From: a virus
Lineage: Duplodnaviria; Caudoviricetes
Length of the DNA: 64,000 nt
Virus record (IMG/VR): IMGVR_UViG_3300033068_001847
Span: 96,001-160,000 of that record
Reading direction: 5' to 3' (one strand)
Position 1 is the stretch's first letter; the number at the start of each line of letters is the position of its first letter. The position numbers and the translations under genes were made by a program. Below are positions 28,078-38,567 of the stretch, piece by piece. The notes under the pieces were generated by a model. It was not told the DNA's origin and did not search any database. It saw only the letters and a program-made list of their open reading frames with translations.

Positions 28078-28369
28078 TGTTTTCAAACGTGATAAAAATG
28101 AGTGTGCGATATGCGGTGATAAGTGGTCTAAATTAGATGCTCATCACATTACCAATCGTAATGAGTTTGAAAATGGTGGTTATGTATTGGAGAATGGTGT
28201 AACACTATGTGATAAAGTAGATGGTTGTCATTTTCAAGCCGAAAAATTTTTACAAACTAGGGATTATATAGGTGCATCGTATGAAATAACTCCAGATGGT
28301 TTATATGAACTAATAGGTTCATCATTTGAGAAAGCAGTTGAAGCTGATAAAAAACTAAAACAAAAATAA
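28040..28369 (+). CDS. HNH endonuclease
   Basis: RD..CAICG...DAHHI...NGVTLC...CH. Confidence 0.8.
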   Translation: MNKKQVREKFRNDVFKRDKNECAICGDKWSKLDAHHITNRNEFENGGYVLENGVTLCDKVDGCHFQAEKFLQTRDYIGASYEITPDGLYELIGSSFEKAVEADKKLKQK

Positions 28370-28370
28370 T

Positions 28371-28733
28371 ATGGGATATGATCAAAGAATATTTTTAGGT
28401 GCATGTATTAGAATACCTGCTGATAATGATGAAGTATTAAGGGAATTATTACATGAAACACATGTGGATGTACTAAGTCAGATTAATGGTCATTGGTGTA
28501 AACCAGAAGATGGTTATTATTATGTGACAGCTAATGAGTATAGAAATGGTAATGATTATGGTAAACATATTTCTGAAGGTGATAGAGAAGGTGGTGAACG
28601 TATTGACACTGGAACATTACTAATGTGGTTGAATAACTTCAATGAGGATTATAAAGAAGAAATAAGAATATTGAAAGAAGCATATGGTGATACAAGTATA
28701 ATTGCAGTTTTTTTAGTAAATGGCGGTAGTTAA
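28371..28733 (+). CDS. Hypothetical protein
   Basis: 120-aa ORF in operon. Confidence 0.6.
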   Translation: MGYDQRIFLGACIRIPADNDEVLRELLHETHVDVLSQINGHWCKPEDGYYYVTANEYRNGNDYGKHISEGDREGGERIDTGTLLMWLNNFNEDYKEEIRILKEAYGDTSIIAVFLVNGGS

Positions 28734-28744
28734 AAAATAAAGTA

Positions 28745-29662
28745 ATGAGAAAGAATAAAATCGTAAGAGTATTAATTGGACCTCCAGCCAGTGGTAAAAC
28801 TACATGGACTAAACAGTTCTTGTTGAGAAACCGTGATTGGGTGTCAGTGAATCGTGATGCCTTTCGGTTTATGTTCAGAGATGAACCTACACCTGAGCCA
28901 CGAGTAGAGGATCTTATAACTGAAATGCAAGCTGAAGCTATTGTTAAAGCTCTAAATAAAGGACTTAACGTAATAGTAGATAATACTAATTTAAGACATA
29001 AATATTTAAATGAAATTATTCAACTAGTTCAATTTAAAGCAGATGTTGAATTTCAAATATTTGATGCACCATTACATGTATGTCAGAAACGAGATAAGGA
29101 ACGTGCTAAATCAGTAGGTGATGAAGTTGTTAATAAAATGCACAACCAGTATAAAAACATCATTGATAGTTTTGGCTTTGAGAACCGTTCTAAGCGACCT
29201 TCATACGAAGATAGGTTTATTCCTCTTGTACAAGATCAAACACTCCCACAAGCTGTTATATTTGATATAGACGGTACAATAGCTTTGATGGGAAGAAGAA
29301 GTGAATATGATTGGAATAAAGTAGATGTAGATGATCCTCATGATATAGTTATTGAGCAAATAAAACTTCACCAAGATAAAGGGCGTAAGATTTTACTGGT
29401 TTCAGGTAGGGATGAAGAAGCTAGGGAAAAAACACTCTACTGGCTTGAGTATTATAATGTTTATTTTGATGAATTATTAATGCGTCCTAAAGATGATATG
29501 AGAAAAGATTATATTATTAAAAAAGAGATTTTTAATAATCAAATCAAAGACCGATATAATGTATGGGCTGTGTATGATGATCGCTTACAAGTAATTAAAA
29601 AAGCTTGGTTTGAATTAGGATTATTTTGTTTCAATGTTAATCAAGGGATGAAAGATTTTTAA
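28745..29662 (+). CDS. pseT: Polynucleotide 5'-kinase / 3'-phosphatase (T4 PseT-like)
   Basis: P-loop GPPASGKTT and NRD in the kinase domain; HAD DIDGT, SGR, DDR in the phosphatase domain. Confidence 0.92.
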   Translation: MRKNKIVRVLIGPPASGKTTWTKQFLLRNRDWVSVNRDAFRFMFRDEPTPEPRVEDLITEMQAEAIVKALNKGLNVIVDNTNLRHKYLNEIIQLVQFKADVEFQIFDAPLHVCQKRDKERAKSVGDEVVNKMHNQYKNIIDSFGFENRSKRPSYEDRFIPLVQDQTLPQAVIFDIDGTIALMGRRSEYDWNKVDVDDPHDIVIEQIKLHQDKGRKILLVSGRDEEAREKTLYWLEYYNVYFDELLMRPKDDMRKDYIIKKEIFNNQIKDRYNVWAVYDDRLQVIKKAWFELGLFCFNVNQGMKDF

Positions 29663-29922
29663 TCAACTAAGCCACTTTTTTTTAAAATACTGTAATAATT
29701 TGGGTTTTCCATTAGATGATCTAAAGCTATTTCTAAAGCTAATTTTTTATTTTTAGTATGTTCCATTTCAGTAGGTACTCCAATTTTTAATTGGGATTCT
29801 ATTTTTGAAATTGAGACTTTATGTTTTTTAGCAATAGATTCAATACTTTGATAATCACTTATACCGCCTTTTATTGTATCCGATATTTTTTTATATTGAG
29901 CTTCGGTTATTATAATTTTCAT
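29659..29922 (-). CDS. DUF5661-like small late protein with 'IIITEAQY' peptide
   Basis: IKGG..D...QLKIGVPTEMEHT...IALDHL.E.P.YY; late motif 29934-41. Confidence 0.65.
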   Translation of the reverse strand: MKIIITEAQYKKISDTIKGGISDYQSIESIAKKHKVSISKIESQLKIGVPTEMEHTKNKKLALEIALDHLMENPNYYSILKKSGLVD

Positions 29923-29965
29923 AATATGTTTTTTATAAATATTTCTAAATTAGAAAAATAATAAC

Positions 29966-29973
29966 TATATTTG
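29966..29973 (+). promoter_or_regulatory. Bacteroidota -7 promoter element
   Basis: TATATTTG upstream of the AlkB-like gene; -33 element degenerate. Confidence 0.55.
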
Positions 29974-30005
29974 ATTATTATTATGAATTATAACTTAAAA
30001 AGGTT

Positions 30006-30572
30006 ATGGAAAAGATTGAATTATTTGAAAATTTTGATATAGGTGTAGATCCAAATACGTGTTTTGATATCTTATCAAAAAATATCAAATGGCACGAAAC
30101 GTTATTGAGTGTAAATAATGAGCCAGTTAAAATTAAAAGAAAAATGGCTTATGTCTATGATAGAGTTGTAACTTATTATTATAGTACATTACACTTTGAA
30201 GGTGAATTATGGATTCCTGTATTAGAAACGATCAGAGATAAAGTAAATGGATTTACTGGTATTGAATTTAATTCAGTATTGTTGAATTACTATAAAAATG
30301 GTAAGGATGAAATAAAATGGCACTCTGATAAAGAAGAAAATTTAGGTGATATAAGCGAATCAGTTATTGCTACAGTAAATTTAGGAGCTACCAGAAAATT
30401 CTGGTATTTAAATAAAGCTACTGGTGATAAAGACTTTTACTCTGTAGCCAACGGTGGATTGTTAATGATGAATGCTGGTTTTCAAAATGAGTATTTACAT
30501 GCAATATTACCTGAAAAACAAATAAAAGATCCAAGGATTAGTTTAACATTTAGAAAAGTAACTCATGACTAA
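30006..30572 (+). CDS. AlkB-family 2OG-Fe(II) dioxygenase
   Basis: NSVLLNYY..G.D.I.WHSD, H.I, RISLTFR motifs. Confidence 0.88.
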   Translation: MEKIELFENFDIGVDPNTCFDILSKNIKWHETLLSVNNEPVKIKRKMAYVYDRVVTYYYSTLHFEGELWIPVLETIRDKVNGFTGIEFNSVLLNYYKNGKDEIKWHSDKEENLGDISESVIATVNLGATRKFWYLNKATGDKDFYSVANGGLLMMNAGFQNEYLHAILPEKQIKDPRISLTFRKVTHD

Positions 30573-30861
30573 AATTTTTATAGGCGGTGAATATCAATAT
30601 GATTATAAAATACATGTTGATGATAAAAATGAAGTTCATTATCAATTATATTTTAGTAATGATGAGTTGTGGAATGAAATTAATAGAGGTAAATTAGCAT
30701 ATGAAATTGTTGATGATGGATTTAAAATTAAAACAAAAATTCAAAAAGATCTTGAATATGATGAAGCTGAAGGATACATGATATTATTACAGATTCGATA
30801 TAATTATCCAGATTCCTACTGTGAAATATTACTCTACGATAACCCTAAAAAATTAGCATAA
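30565..30861 (+). CDS. Hypothetical protein
   Basis: 98-aa ORF overlapping its neighbours. Confidence 0.55.
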   Translation: MTKIFIGGEYQYDYKIHVDDKNEVHYQLYFSNDELWNEINRGKLAYEIVDDGFKIKTKIQKDLEYDEAEGYMILLQIRYNYPDSYCEILLYDNPKKLA

Positions 30862-31319
30862 TGGATGAGTTTATAATAACTAAAATTCTTAAAGAAAATG
30901 TACAATTAGCAACATTTTTTGCATTAGTTATAATCTTATTTTTCACATTCTGTTTAATATATTTCTTAGTAGATTATGTCAGAAGATCATATTTCGAAAA
31001 AAGAATACCTAAATTAGCTAATATTAAAAAAGGTGATTCCTATGATTTATATATCGGTAGAGCTAATAAATGGTTAGATTTACCTGCATCAAAATGGGGA
31101 AATCCATTCTTAATGAAAAATGAATCCGAAAGAGCTAAAGTAATACTAGAGTACGAAAATCATATTTTAAATAATCCTGAATTAATTAAATCTTTACCAG
31201 AATTAGCTGGTAAAACTTTAGGATGTTACTGTTTTAATACTGATAGAAATGAAGGTAAAACTTGTCATGGATTAATTTTAATTAAATTATATAAAGAATT
31301 TGTAGTAAATAAAAAATGA
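30861..31319 (+). CDS. DUF4326-like protein with N-terminal hydrophobic segment
   Basis: YIGR...SKWGNPF...L.GKTLGCYC...CHG. Confidence 0.75.
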   Translation: MDEFIITKILKENVQLATFFALVIILFFTFCLIYFLVDYVRRSYFEKRIPKLANIKKGDSYDLYIGRANKWLDLPASKWGNPFLMKNESERAKVILEYENHILNNPELIKSLPELAGKTLGCYCFNTDRNEGKTCHGLILIKLYKEFVVNKK

Positions 31320-31441
31320 GAAAATTTAAACATTACTTAGGACTCACGTCCTTGGCGGTACAACTATAACAGAATAAGTTGACAAAATAAATTTTTATAT
31401 TATATTTACTTAAAAAAGTTTTTAACCTTAAACAAATAGTA

Positions 31442-31897
31442 ATGCAAGTAGTTAGAATTCTTATAATAATATTAGTTGTTTTAATTTCACCTATTTTATT
31501 AATCAGTTGGATCTTCAAGTTATATAAGAAGAAAGTTATTACCAGAAACGACAATGAAAAATATTTAATAAGATATAATTTATTTGATTGTAAATTATTT
31601 TCAGTTAAAATTCATAATATCCTTTTGAGTGATTATGATTGTTTACATGATCATCCTTGGGCATTCTTTACTTTTATTATGAAGGGAGGATATGTAGAAT
31701 ATACACCAGAAGGTAGTAGAGTCTACGGAGTGGGTAGTTTTTTATATCGTCCAGCATCTTACATACATAAACTTGAATTACATCAACCAGCTTGGACGTT
31801 TGTTATTACCTTTAAAAAAGTACGTAAATGGGGATTTTTTACAAAAAATGGTTGGGTAGAATGGTTTAATTATGTACCTGCAAATACTTGTGAATAA
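31442..31897 (+). CDS. Cupin-like hypothetical protein
   Basis: LHDHPW...GGYVE...H.LEL...WGF. Confidence 0.65.
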   Translation: MQVVRILIIILVVLISPILLISWIFKLYKKKVITRNDNEKYLIRYNLFDCKLFSVKIHNILLSDYDCLHDHPWAFFTFIMKGGYVEYTPEGSRVYGVGSFLYRPASYIHKLELHQPAWTFVITFKKVRKWGFFTKNGWVEWFNYVPANTCE

Positions 31898-31899
31898 TT

Positions 31900-32289
31900 A
31901 TGTTTAATTTAAGAAAAGAAAAAGAACTCCTTAAAAAGGAATTGGAATTATATAAACAGGAAGAAATTCTTAAAGTTGATATTGAAGTACAAACGTATAG
32001 ACAAAAAAGGGAGAAGGAGATTAGTGAACTAGGAAAAAAATGTCATGAACAACTTGGTCAGTATGAACATGTATTTCATAATACAAAAGAGGTTCGAGGT
32101 ATAGAACTTGCAAAATTAGAAGCTAAGGTTGAATCAATGAACGAACTAATTAAAGCAAGGCAAGAGGTTATTGCAGCAGATAATAATTTGATTTCACAAT
32201 TAAAAGCTGAGATCAAATCTCAAAAAGAGATTATCACATTATTGATTAATAAACAACCTGATATCACCGTTCAAAAACTTAAATCATAA
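31900..32289 (+). CDS. Coiled-coil hypothetical protein
   Basis: 129-aa E/K-rich ORF. Confidence 0.55.
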   Translation: MFNLRKEKELLKKELELYKQEEILKVDIEVQTYRQKREKEISELGKKCHEQLGQYEHVFHNTKEVRGIELAKLEAKVESMNELIKARQEVIAADNNLISQLKAEIKSQKEIITLLINKQPDITVQKLKS

Positions 32290-32296
32290 TAAAAAC

Positions 32297-32512
32297 ATGG
32301 GAAATAACTACGGAGCATTCCTAGATGGAATGAGAAAAGCAAAAGAATATCAAGAAATATTAGATGGATATGGATGGATTAAAGTACCTAAATTTGAAGA
32401 TGATTTATCACTTCCTTTAGAAGAAAGATATCTTAGATTGAATATACACCATGTAGAGGAAACAAATTTTTTAATAAATAAAATAAGAGAAATTGTAAGA
32501 GAAAATCTTTAA
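32297..32512 (+). CDS. Hypothetical protein
   Basis: 71-aa ORF. Confidence 0.5.
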   Translation: MGNNYGAFLDGMRKAKEYQEILDGYGWIKVPKFEDDLSLPLEERYLRLNIHHVEETNFLINKIREIVRENL

Positions 32513-33078
32513 ACTTTTTCCTGATCTAAAATTCTAATATTATTTACATCAAAAATAACATAGTTATTAGCATTAGTACCAGCTTCCTTAGAATCAAATT
32601 TAATACCATCAAAACCACATTTATCTAAGAATTCCGAAGCTGCTTTTTTAGAACCTAAAGTAACTGCAAGATAATCATACATGGACTGTACCCAAGGATG
32701 ATTTCCATAATAATCTTCAGATAAACCTAACATATCCATCATATCTGATAAAGCACTTTCATCGTGATTCATTTTATTAAAAGTTTTAAGAATTTTTTGA
32801 GCTTCCCATTCATCAATATAACCATCCCATTCCAAAAAATTATTACTTAAAACTTTTACAGTATATACATATTTATCAGCCCGTGTTTGATAAATATTTG
32901 CATAATGATGTGCCACATCCAAACTATCTGTAAAATAAATACCGTAACCGTGAACATCATTACCATCACCTGATCCAACTTTAGTTAAATCAAACCCATC
33001 AAAACTGTGTATAGAACCGTGATATAATTCTAAAGCTTCTTTTAATAATTGTTCAGTTAAAATCTTATTTAGATTCAT
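32509..33078 (-). CDS. ADP-ribosyltransferase-like protein (ART-PolyVal type), late
   Basis: LYHGS...F..FD...G.GIYFTD...A..YA...GFDGI...YVIFD pattern. Confidence 0.6.
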   Translation of the reverse strand: MNLNKILTEQLLKEALELYHGSIHSFDGFDLTKVGSGDGNDVHGYGIYFTDSLDVAHHYANIYQTRADKYVYTVKVLSNNFLEWDGYIDEWEAQKILKTFNKMNHDESALSDMMDMLGLSEDYYGNHPWVQSMYDYLAVTLGSKKAASEFLDKCGFDGIKFDSKEAGTNANNYVIFDVNNIRILDQEKV

Positions 33079-33349
33079 CCAAAGATAGAGTATAAATTAA
33101 TTGAGTATATTTATTATCAATACCGATAGGAGATCCGTCTACGTTCCACTCCATTAAAGACCAAACACCATAAGATGATTTAACTTCACCTTTGATAAAC
33201 TCACCCTCTTTAATTAGGTTTCTAACTTCGAAATTACCATTAGTTTTTTCGACACTTTCTAATAGTTCTTCTTTATTATCTTCACATGGAACTTCTTCCA
33301 TTTCCATAAGTTTTTGATATTGTTCTTCAGTAATTTTAATCTTTTCCAT
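33065..33349 (-). CDS. Small late protein with 'IKITEEQY' peptide
   Basis: Probable start 33349; late motif 33354-60. Confidence 0.6.
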   Translation of the reverse strand: MEKIKITEEQYQKLMEMEEVPCEDNKEELLESVEKTNGNFEVRNLIKEGEFIKGEVKSSYGVWSLMEWNVDGSPIGIDNKYTQLIYTLSLDESK

Positions 33350-33361
33350 ATACATAAATAG

Positions 33362-34078
33362 TTAGTAAATTCGATTATTTTTATTTAAATTACCAATATA
33401 AATAACACCATTAATTTCTCTGGTAGTTGCCCATAGTGGTTGTAAATTAGTGAGTGACCAGCACTCTTTAAAATCATTATCCTCAAAACTTGTAAATTTA
33501 AAATTTGATTGTGGAATTTTATGATCTAAGTGCCATTCACCGTAATTCTCCCATGACATACTATCAGTAAAAAGATTAGTAATATGTTCTTTAAGATCAG
33601 TTAAGGTATATGGTAGATGTTTTAACATGTTAGTTACGTTCTCAGAATGATTATCCTTGAAAGATTGCCAAATTGCTGTTCTTAAATACTTTTTGAATTT
33701 ATAATCTGGATCAGTAGCACATCTGTTTTTATCCCATTTCGCACTTTTTTTATTAACATGTTCTCTATTATTTTTACGCCATTCGGTGTGATACTCTTTT
33801 AACTTTACTAGGTTATCTTTACGCCAGTTTTCATGGTACTCACTTTTCGATTCTTTATTAACATGATGGTATGTCCGATCATATAATTTTTTATCAAAAC
33901 CAGTATTATACCTACCACTTTTTCGTAAAGAAATATTATTATCCTTTAAAAGTGAATTTATAGTAGGTTTACTAACATCATATAGTTCAGCTATTTTTAG
34001 AGTTGATAAATTTTCATTTATATATAAATGGATTACATTATTTATATCCGTTTGAGTATGTATTTTCTTTGTAGACAT
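33362..34078 (-). CDS. Free-standing HNH-type homing endonuclease-like protein
   Basis: N-terminal HTH-like region, basic repeats, WENYGEWHLDHKIP...CWSLTNLQPLW; directly downstream of the capsid gene. Confidence 0.7.
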   Translation of the reverse strand: MSTKKIHTQTDINNVIHLYINENLSTLKIAELYDVSKPTINSLLKDNNISLRKSGRYNTGFDKKLYDRTYHHVNKESKSEYHENWRKDNLVKLKEYHTEWRKNNREHVNKKSAKWDKNRCATDPDYKFKKYLRTAIWQSFKDNHSENVTNMLKHLPYTLTDLKEHITNLFTDSMSWENYGEWHLDHKIPQSNFKFTSFEDNDFKECWSLTNLQPLWATTREINGVIYIGNLNKNNRIY

Positions 34079-34130
34079 AATATAAATATATTATAAACAA
34101 ATAATCGTTTAAATGGTAAAAATCATTAAT

Positions 34131-34162
34131 AAAAAAAAGGTGAGAAAATTAATTCTCACCTT
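34131..34162 (-). terminator. Intrinsic terminator after major capsid gene
   Basis: aaggtgagaa/ttctcacctt stem with A8 run. Confidence 0.8.
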
Positions 34163-34183
34163 AATATTTATTCTATTTAATTA

Positions 34184-35836
34184 TTAGAACAATGGATCTG
34201 CCCATACAGTCAGACCATCAACTAATAATTTACCATAGAACCTGTTGTTTACGAGCTTCTTAGCGTAACGTGTTTGGATACCACGAACGTTTTTGAAATC
34301 GAATGGATTAACCATTACAGGGGTTAATTGCATAGGCACGTATGGTGCGTAGATATAACCTGATTCTAAGATAGAAGAACCTTTGTGTCCGATTAGGATA
34401 GTATTAGACGGAGCGTATGGATCACGGTATACTGTGTAACGTCCACCTAAAGTACCAACTTTCTCGATACCCATGTTGTATTTATCTTCTTCAGGACCTG
34501 CATTTGAAACGTGGAAATATTCCAAGTCATCAAGAACCGCAGAAACTTCAGGAGAAACAACTATCCAAGATGCACCACCACGTAAAGTAGATTTGTGAAT
34601 CTGAGCAGATATTTGGTTAATCTTAGTTAACAATGTTTGATTCCAATCTTTCTGAGTACCGTAGTAAGTAGTAGATTGATTTCTTAAACCATTGTAATCC
34701 CAACGAGCAGTCCAAGCAGCACCAGCACGTAAGTCACGAAGGATCTCACGGTCAATTTCAGCAGCAACTTGCTCTGATAATAAAGCTGTTAATTCAGCTT
34801 CAGCATCAATGTTTTGGAACGCTGAAACGTCTTGTGCAAGTTCAGGAGTCCACTGTGCTCTCATTTTACGAGATGTAACAGATACAGTTACTTCTTCAAG
34901 CTCGAACGTTACTTCAGCCATTTCAGAGTTTTCCTCTAATCTGTCGTAGTTTTTGTAAGTAGCCATGAATACTGGAGTACCTGTAATCGGAATTAAAGCA
35001 CCGTAACCATCAGCAGAAGGAGTTGATAAATCAATCTCAATTGTTAATGCACCACTAACTGGATTAGCAATCGCTTTACCATAAACTTGTGACTTAACAC
35101 GGTAAGGTAAAGAAGTTGTGTTACCCGGAGCAACAGAAACTGCACCACCTGCAACTGAAGTACCTGTGAAAGTAACACCAGTTTGGTAGATTTGTAATGA
35201 TGCTAAGAAAGCTTCAGTATCTACTAATTCACCTTCAGCGTTGATTAAACGACCTTGAGTAGTAGTAGAGATGTTAGGTACGATTGCAGTGATGAACTTG
35301 TCACCAGCAGTGTAAGAAACACCTGATAATGCAACTACAGTAGCAGTAGCTTTACCTTTAGAACGATCATAGTTACCAGCGTTAACACCGTAGAAATCGG
35401 TATTACCATAATATGCTTCATATAATGAACGAGTCTCGAACTGAGTTCTTGAATTATCACTAAATGCGTTTTCGTAAGCACCATCAGGAGTTGTTTGTGT
35501 AGTTGAAATCTTAGGGTTTAAGAAGAATAACTTACCAATAGGTAAAGATAATGCTTGAACCGAAACGATATCGTTAGCTAACAACTTAGAGAATACTCTA
35601 CGAATAATTGGGAATGCAACTGTTTCGAATGAACCGTTAGAACCAGCAGTGTCTGTTGATTCGTTGATCATGTACGCAGCCTGATTCTCGAATAATTGTG
35701 CAATGTTGTCCCTAACGTGACCGTTAAGACCATCAAGCAAACCTAAACCACCCCATTTTTCAGAGATCATTTTTCTGTCCTCTTTCAGACGATTAAGTGA
35801 AATGTTACCAACTTCACCAGATTTTAAAATACTCAT
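34184..35836 (-). CDS. Major capsid protein (T4 gp23-like)
   Basis: KW..LL.GL...AQLFENQ, FPIIRRVF, RKMRAQWTPELAQD, DAEAELTALLSEQVAAEIDREI, GYIYAPYVP, TRYAK. Confidence 0.96.
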   Translation of the reverse strand: MSILKSGEVGNISLNRLKEDRKMISEKWGGLGLLDGLNGHVRDNIAQLFENQAAYMINESTDTAGSNGSFETVAFPIIRRVFSKLLANDIVSVQALSLPIGKLFFLNPKISTTQTTPDGAYENAFSDNSRTQFETRSLYEAYYGNTDFYGVNAGNYDRSKGKATATVVALSGVSYTAGDKFITAIVPNISTTTQGRLINAEGELVDTEAFLASLQIYQTGVTFTGTSVAGGAVSVAPGNTTSLPYRVKSQVYGKAIANPVSGALTIEIDLSTPSADGYGALIPITGTPVFMATYKNYDRLEENSEMAEVTFELEEVTVSVTSRKMRAQWTPELAQDVSAFQNIDAEAELTALLSEQVAAEIDREILRDLRAGAAWTARWDYNGLRNQSTTYYGTQKDWNQTLLTKINQISAQIHKSTLRGGASWIVVSPEVSAVLDDLEYFHVSNAGPEEDKYNMGIEKVGTLGGRYTVYRDPYAPSNTILIGHKGSSILESGYIYAPYVPMQLTPVMVNPFDFKNVRGIQTRYAKKLVNNRFYGKLLVDGLTVWADPLF

Positions 35837-35872
35837 TTTATTTTTTGTTTGTTTTATTTGTTTTTATATGAA

Positions 35873-37159
35873 TTATTTTCTATAATTCATGATTTCTTTA
35901 ACCCTATCAATTCTCGCTTCTAATTCAGTTTTAACTGGACTAACCGATTCTAATAAAGGTTCACCTGTACCATTAAGAGTGCTTCCTATTTTTTGATCTA
36001 CTGACTCTTTAATGGTTGTTTGCTTCATTTCAGTAGAAATAGTTTTGTAAAGTGTTTTAACATCTTTTTGATCAGTGATTGTATCAGAATCAAAACGTTC
36101 TAATATTGATTTCTTCTCATCAGTTGTTGTTGCGTGTTCACAAAATATTTTGTTTACATATGCTAACTTGCTATTAAATAATGCTACGTTTTCTAAATTT
36201 TCTTTCATTAAACGCAAAGCGTCTTTATGTTTATCAAGATCAGTTTTCAAAGTTTCATTTTCAGTAATCAATTTTGCGTTTGTATCTTTCAATACTTGTG
36301 CTTCAGTGATCAACACTTTATCAGTAGCAGATTTTTTTTCTTCGTTTACTGCTGGTCGAAGTCTATTTGAAGCGTATTTGTAAAATCCTTCAGGTTTTCT
36401 TGTCATGTTGCGACCATCAGCGTGTGTCCTTGCAACTTCTTCAATAGGTTGTTCTTCTTCTAATGGTATTGGTGCTTCAGCAGCAGCAGGAATATCCGCT
36501 TCAACTTCTTCTTCCATTACTATTTCGAAGATTGCTCCACCTTGCTCATCATGAGATGGTTCAGTAGGTTTATCATCTAAGAATGAATATTTGTCACCTT
36601 GATCACCAAATTGTGCTTCAAAGTTTTCAAATTCTTCATTTATTAATTTTTCATTTTCGGTTAGTTTGATTAATAACTCTTCACCGTTTGCGTTAACATT
36701 TATAGATCCATCATCATTTTTTACTACTTGGATCTCTGCATCATCACCTAATTTTTTCCAAACTGTAAGAAGTTCATCATCAGATGCACCTGTTAAGTCT
36801 AAAGTATCATCAGATGGTTCGCCTGACATTGCTGGAACTTCAACTGCTGGTTCATCACCTAACATTGGTTCTTCGCTACCCATATCAACTGAAGCATCAG
36901 CTTCTGGAGATTCATCATCTACTGTTGGTTCTTCTAAAGAAGGTTCATCAACAATTGGTTCAGATGTAGGTTCATCAGAAATAGGTGTTTCTGCTGGTTC
37001 ATTTTCTTTATCATCATCCATGTCGATAGCTTCACTGATATTTTGATCTATCTCAGGCTTCATTTGATTATATAGCATATCTTTAGCATTCTCAGTTACT
37101 ACCCTTAGAATTTCTTCACTTTCTAATAAAGCTTGTTCTAATGCTGATTTCTTTGTCAT
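35873..37159 (-). CDS. Prohead scaffolding/core protein (gp22-like)
   Basis: Very acidic protein with coiled-coil C-terminus, between protease and capsid genes. Confidence 0.75.
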   Translation of the reverse strand: MTKKSALEQALLESEEILRVVTENAKDMLYNQMKPEIDQNISEAIDMDDDKENEPAETPISDEPTSEPIVDEPSLEEPTVDDESPEADASVDMGSEEPMLGDEPAVEVPAMSGEPSDDTLDLTGASDDELLTVWKKLGDDAEIQVVKNDDGSINVNANGEELLIKLTENEKLINEEFENFEAQFGDQGDKYSFLDDKPTEPSHDEQGGAIFEIVMEEEVEADIPAAAEAPIPLEEEQPIEEVARTHADGRNMTRKPEGFYKYASNRLRPAVNEEKKSATDKVLITEAQVLKDTNAKLITENETLKTDLDKHKDALRLMKENLENVALFNSKLAYVNKIFCEHATTTDEKKSILERFDSDTITDQKDVKTLYKTISTEMKQTTIKESVDQKIGSTLNGTGEPLLESVSPVKTELEARIDRVKEIMNYRK

Positions 37160-37220
37160 ATTGTTATAATTAAATATTATTTTTTTCTATAAATAGTATA
37201 GATTTATAGAAATGTCATTT

Positions 37221-37937
37221 TTATTGTAAAAAATTTTTTAATTTCTTAAATAAAACTGGTTCTACTATAGTAGTAATCTCTTGGCTTTCGTTAATTTTAA
37301 CATCACTTTGAGGATATAGGAATGCTCCCGGAGTTGATGGAGAAGAAACTAAATCATAACAAATCATTTCAAAATCTGATTGAACAGTATTCTTACCATA
37401 TATATTTTTAAGAGATCCAACACCTCTTGAAGAAATACCTAACTTTGCACCCTTAGATAAAAGGAATGCGATATAATCACCTTGAGTAGTAATAATACCA
37501 CTATCATGATAACTCTTAGAAGTTAATATTTCTAAAACACCCATTAATGTATTACCTTCCCACCAAGTCTTTACAACCCTGTGTGAGATATCATCTTTCT
37601 TTAAAGAAATGAAAGCATAGTCAGGGTGATTACTTTCACCAAATGCTCTACCTTCATTTATTAATGTTTGATATTTTTTATCTTCTCTAACTAAAAGTTC
37701 TCTTGGATAATATCTACCATTTCTGTTTTCAGTATCACATTTTTGAAGAATACAATTCATGAAAACTGAATAATCTTTTTTATCCTTATCAAAAGATTCC
37801 TTATCTTCAAATTCTTTCAATAATTCTTTTTGTTGCATATCAAGAGATACAACACCACTACATGATGAAGTATTCCATTCACATATAACACCGAAACCCT
37901 CTTCGCTTTCCGTTAATAGTTTTAAGGTTTTATACAT
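37221..37937 (-). CDS. Prohead protease (T4 gp21-like)
   Basis: NRNGRYYP, GESNHP, SHRV, LGISSRGVGS, DLVSSPSTPGA. Confidence 0.93.
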   Translation of the reverse strand: MYKTLKLLTESEEGFGVICEWNTSSCSGVVSLDMQQKELLKEFEDKESFDKDKKDYSVFMNCILQKCDTENRNGRYYPRELLVREDKKYQTLINEGRAFGESNHPDYAFISLKKDDISHRVVKTWWEGNTLMGVLEILTSKSYHDSGIITTQGDYIAFLLSKGAKLGISSRGVGSLKNIYGKNTVQSDFEMICYDLVSSPSTPGAFLYPQSDVKINESQEITTIVEPVLFKKLKNFLQ

Positions 37938-38403
37938 TTTCTTTAGTATCAGTTTTAATTTTTTTAGTCATTGCTAAGATGTGTTCTTTTATAAAGAACC
38001 ATATTTTTGTATCAGTAATTAATTCGATGTTTTCTATAATACTTTTTGTTTCTCTCGTACATATTAATGCAGCGAATAAGAACATAATATTTACTAAATC
38101 TTTAGCTATATGATGTTGTAGAACGTACATCACGATCACTCCTAATGCATATAATATTACCTTAGTAATACTATCAGCCATTCTTTTGGATGTAATAGGT
38201 TCTTTTGTTTTTATACACTTCCAAATACCTGTTATGAAATCTATAACTAGAAGGAATTGGATAACACCAATCATCTCATAAGTAGGAACTAGATATATAG
38301 TAAAAGACCATATAGTAAACTTTTCTATATTGGTTAATAAGAATTTAAATAGAGCAGATAACGAGTATTCCAATTTGTTGTTTAGTGTAATTATACTTTT
38401 CAT
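37930..38403 (-). CDS. Holin (phage holin 4-like)
   Basis: Several TM segments; IDFITGIWK...ITS..M...K, E..SIIEN. Confidence 0.75.
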   Translation of the reverse strand: MKSIITLNNKLEYSLSALFKFLLTNIEKFTIWSFTIYLVPTYEMIGVIQFLLVIDFITGIWKCIKTKEPITSKRMADSITKVILYALGVIVMYVLQHHIAKDLVNIMFLFAALICTRETKSIIENIELITDTKIWFFIKEHILAMTKKIKTDTKENV

Positions 38404-38567
38404 TAGGATTTATTATTAATCAAATCAATTCAGGTCTTTTACCTCTATAAATACTTTAATATTTAAATTATGTACCTTTTCTATATAAAAAACTTGCTAT
38501 TTTTCAATATTGATTTATACTTGTATTTAAGTAATAAAAATATTTAACCAAATAAAAAAAAATAGAA

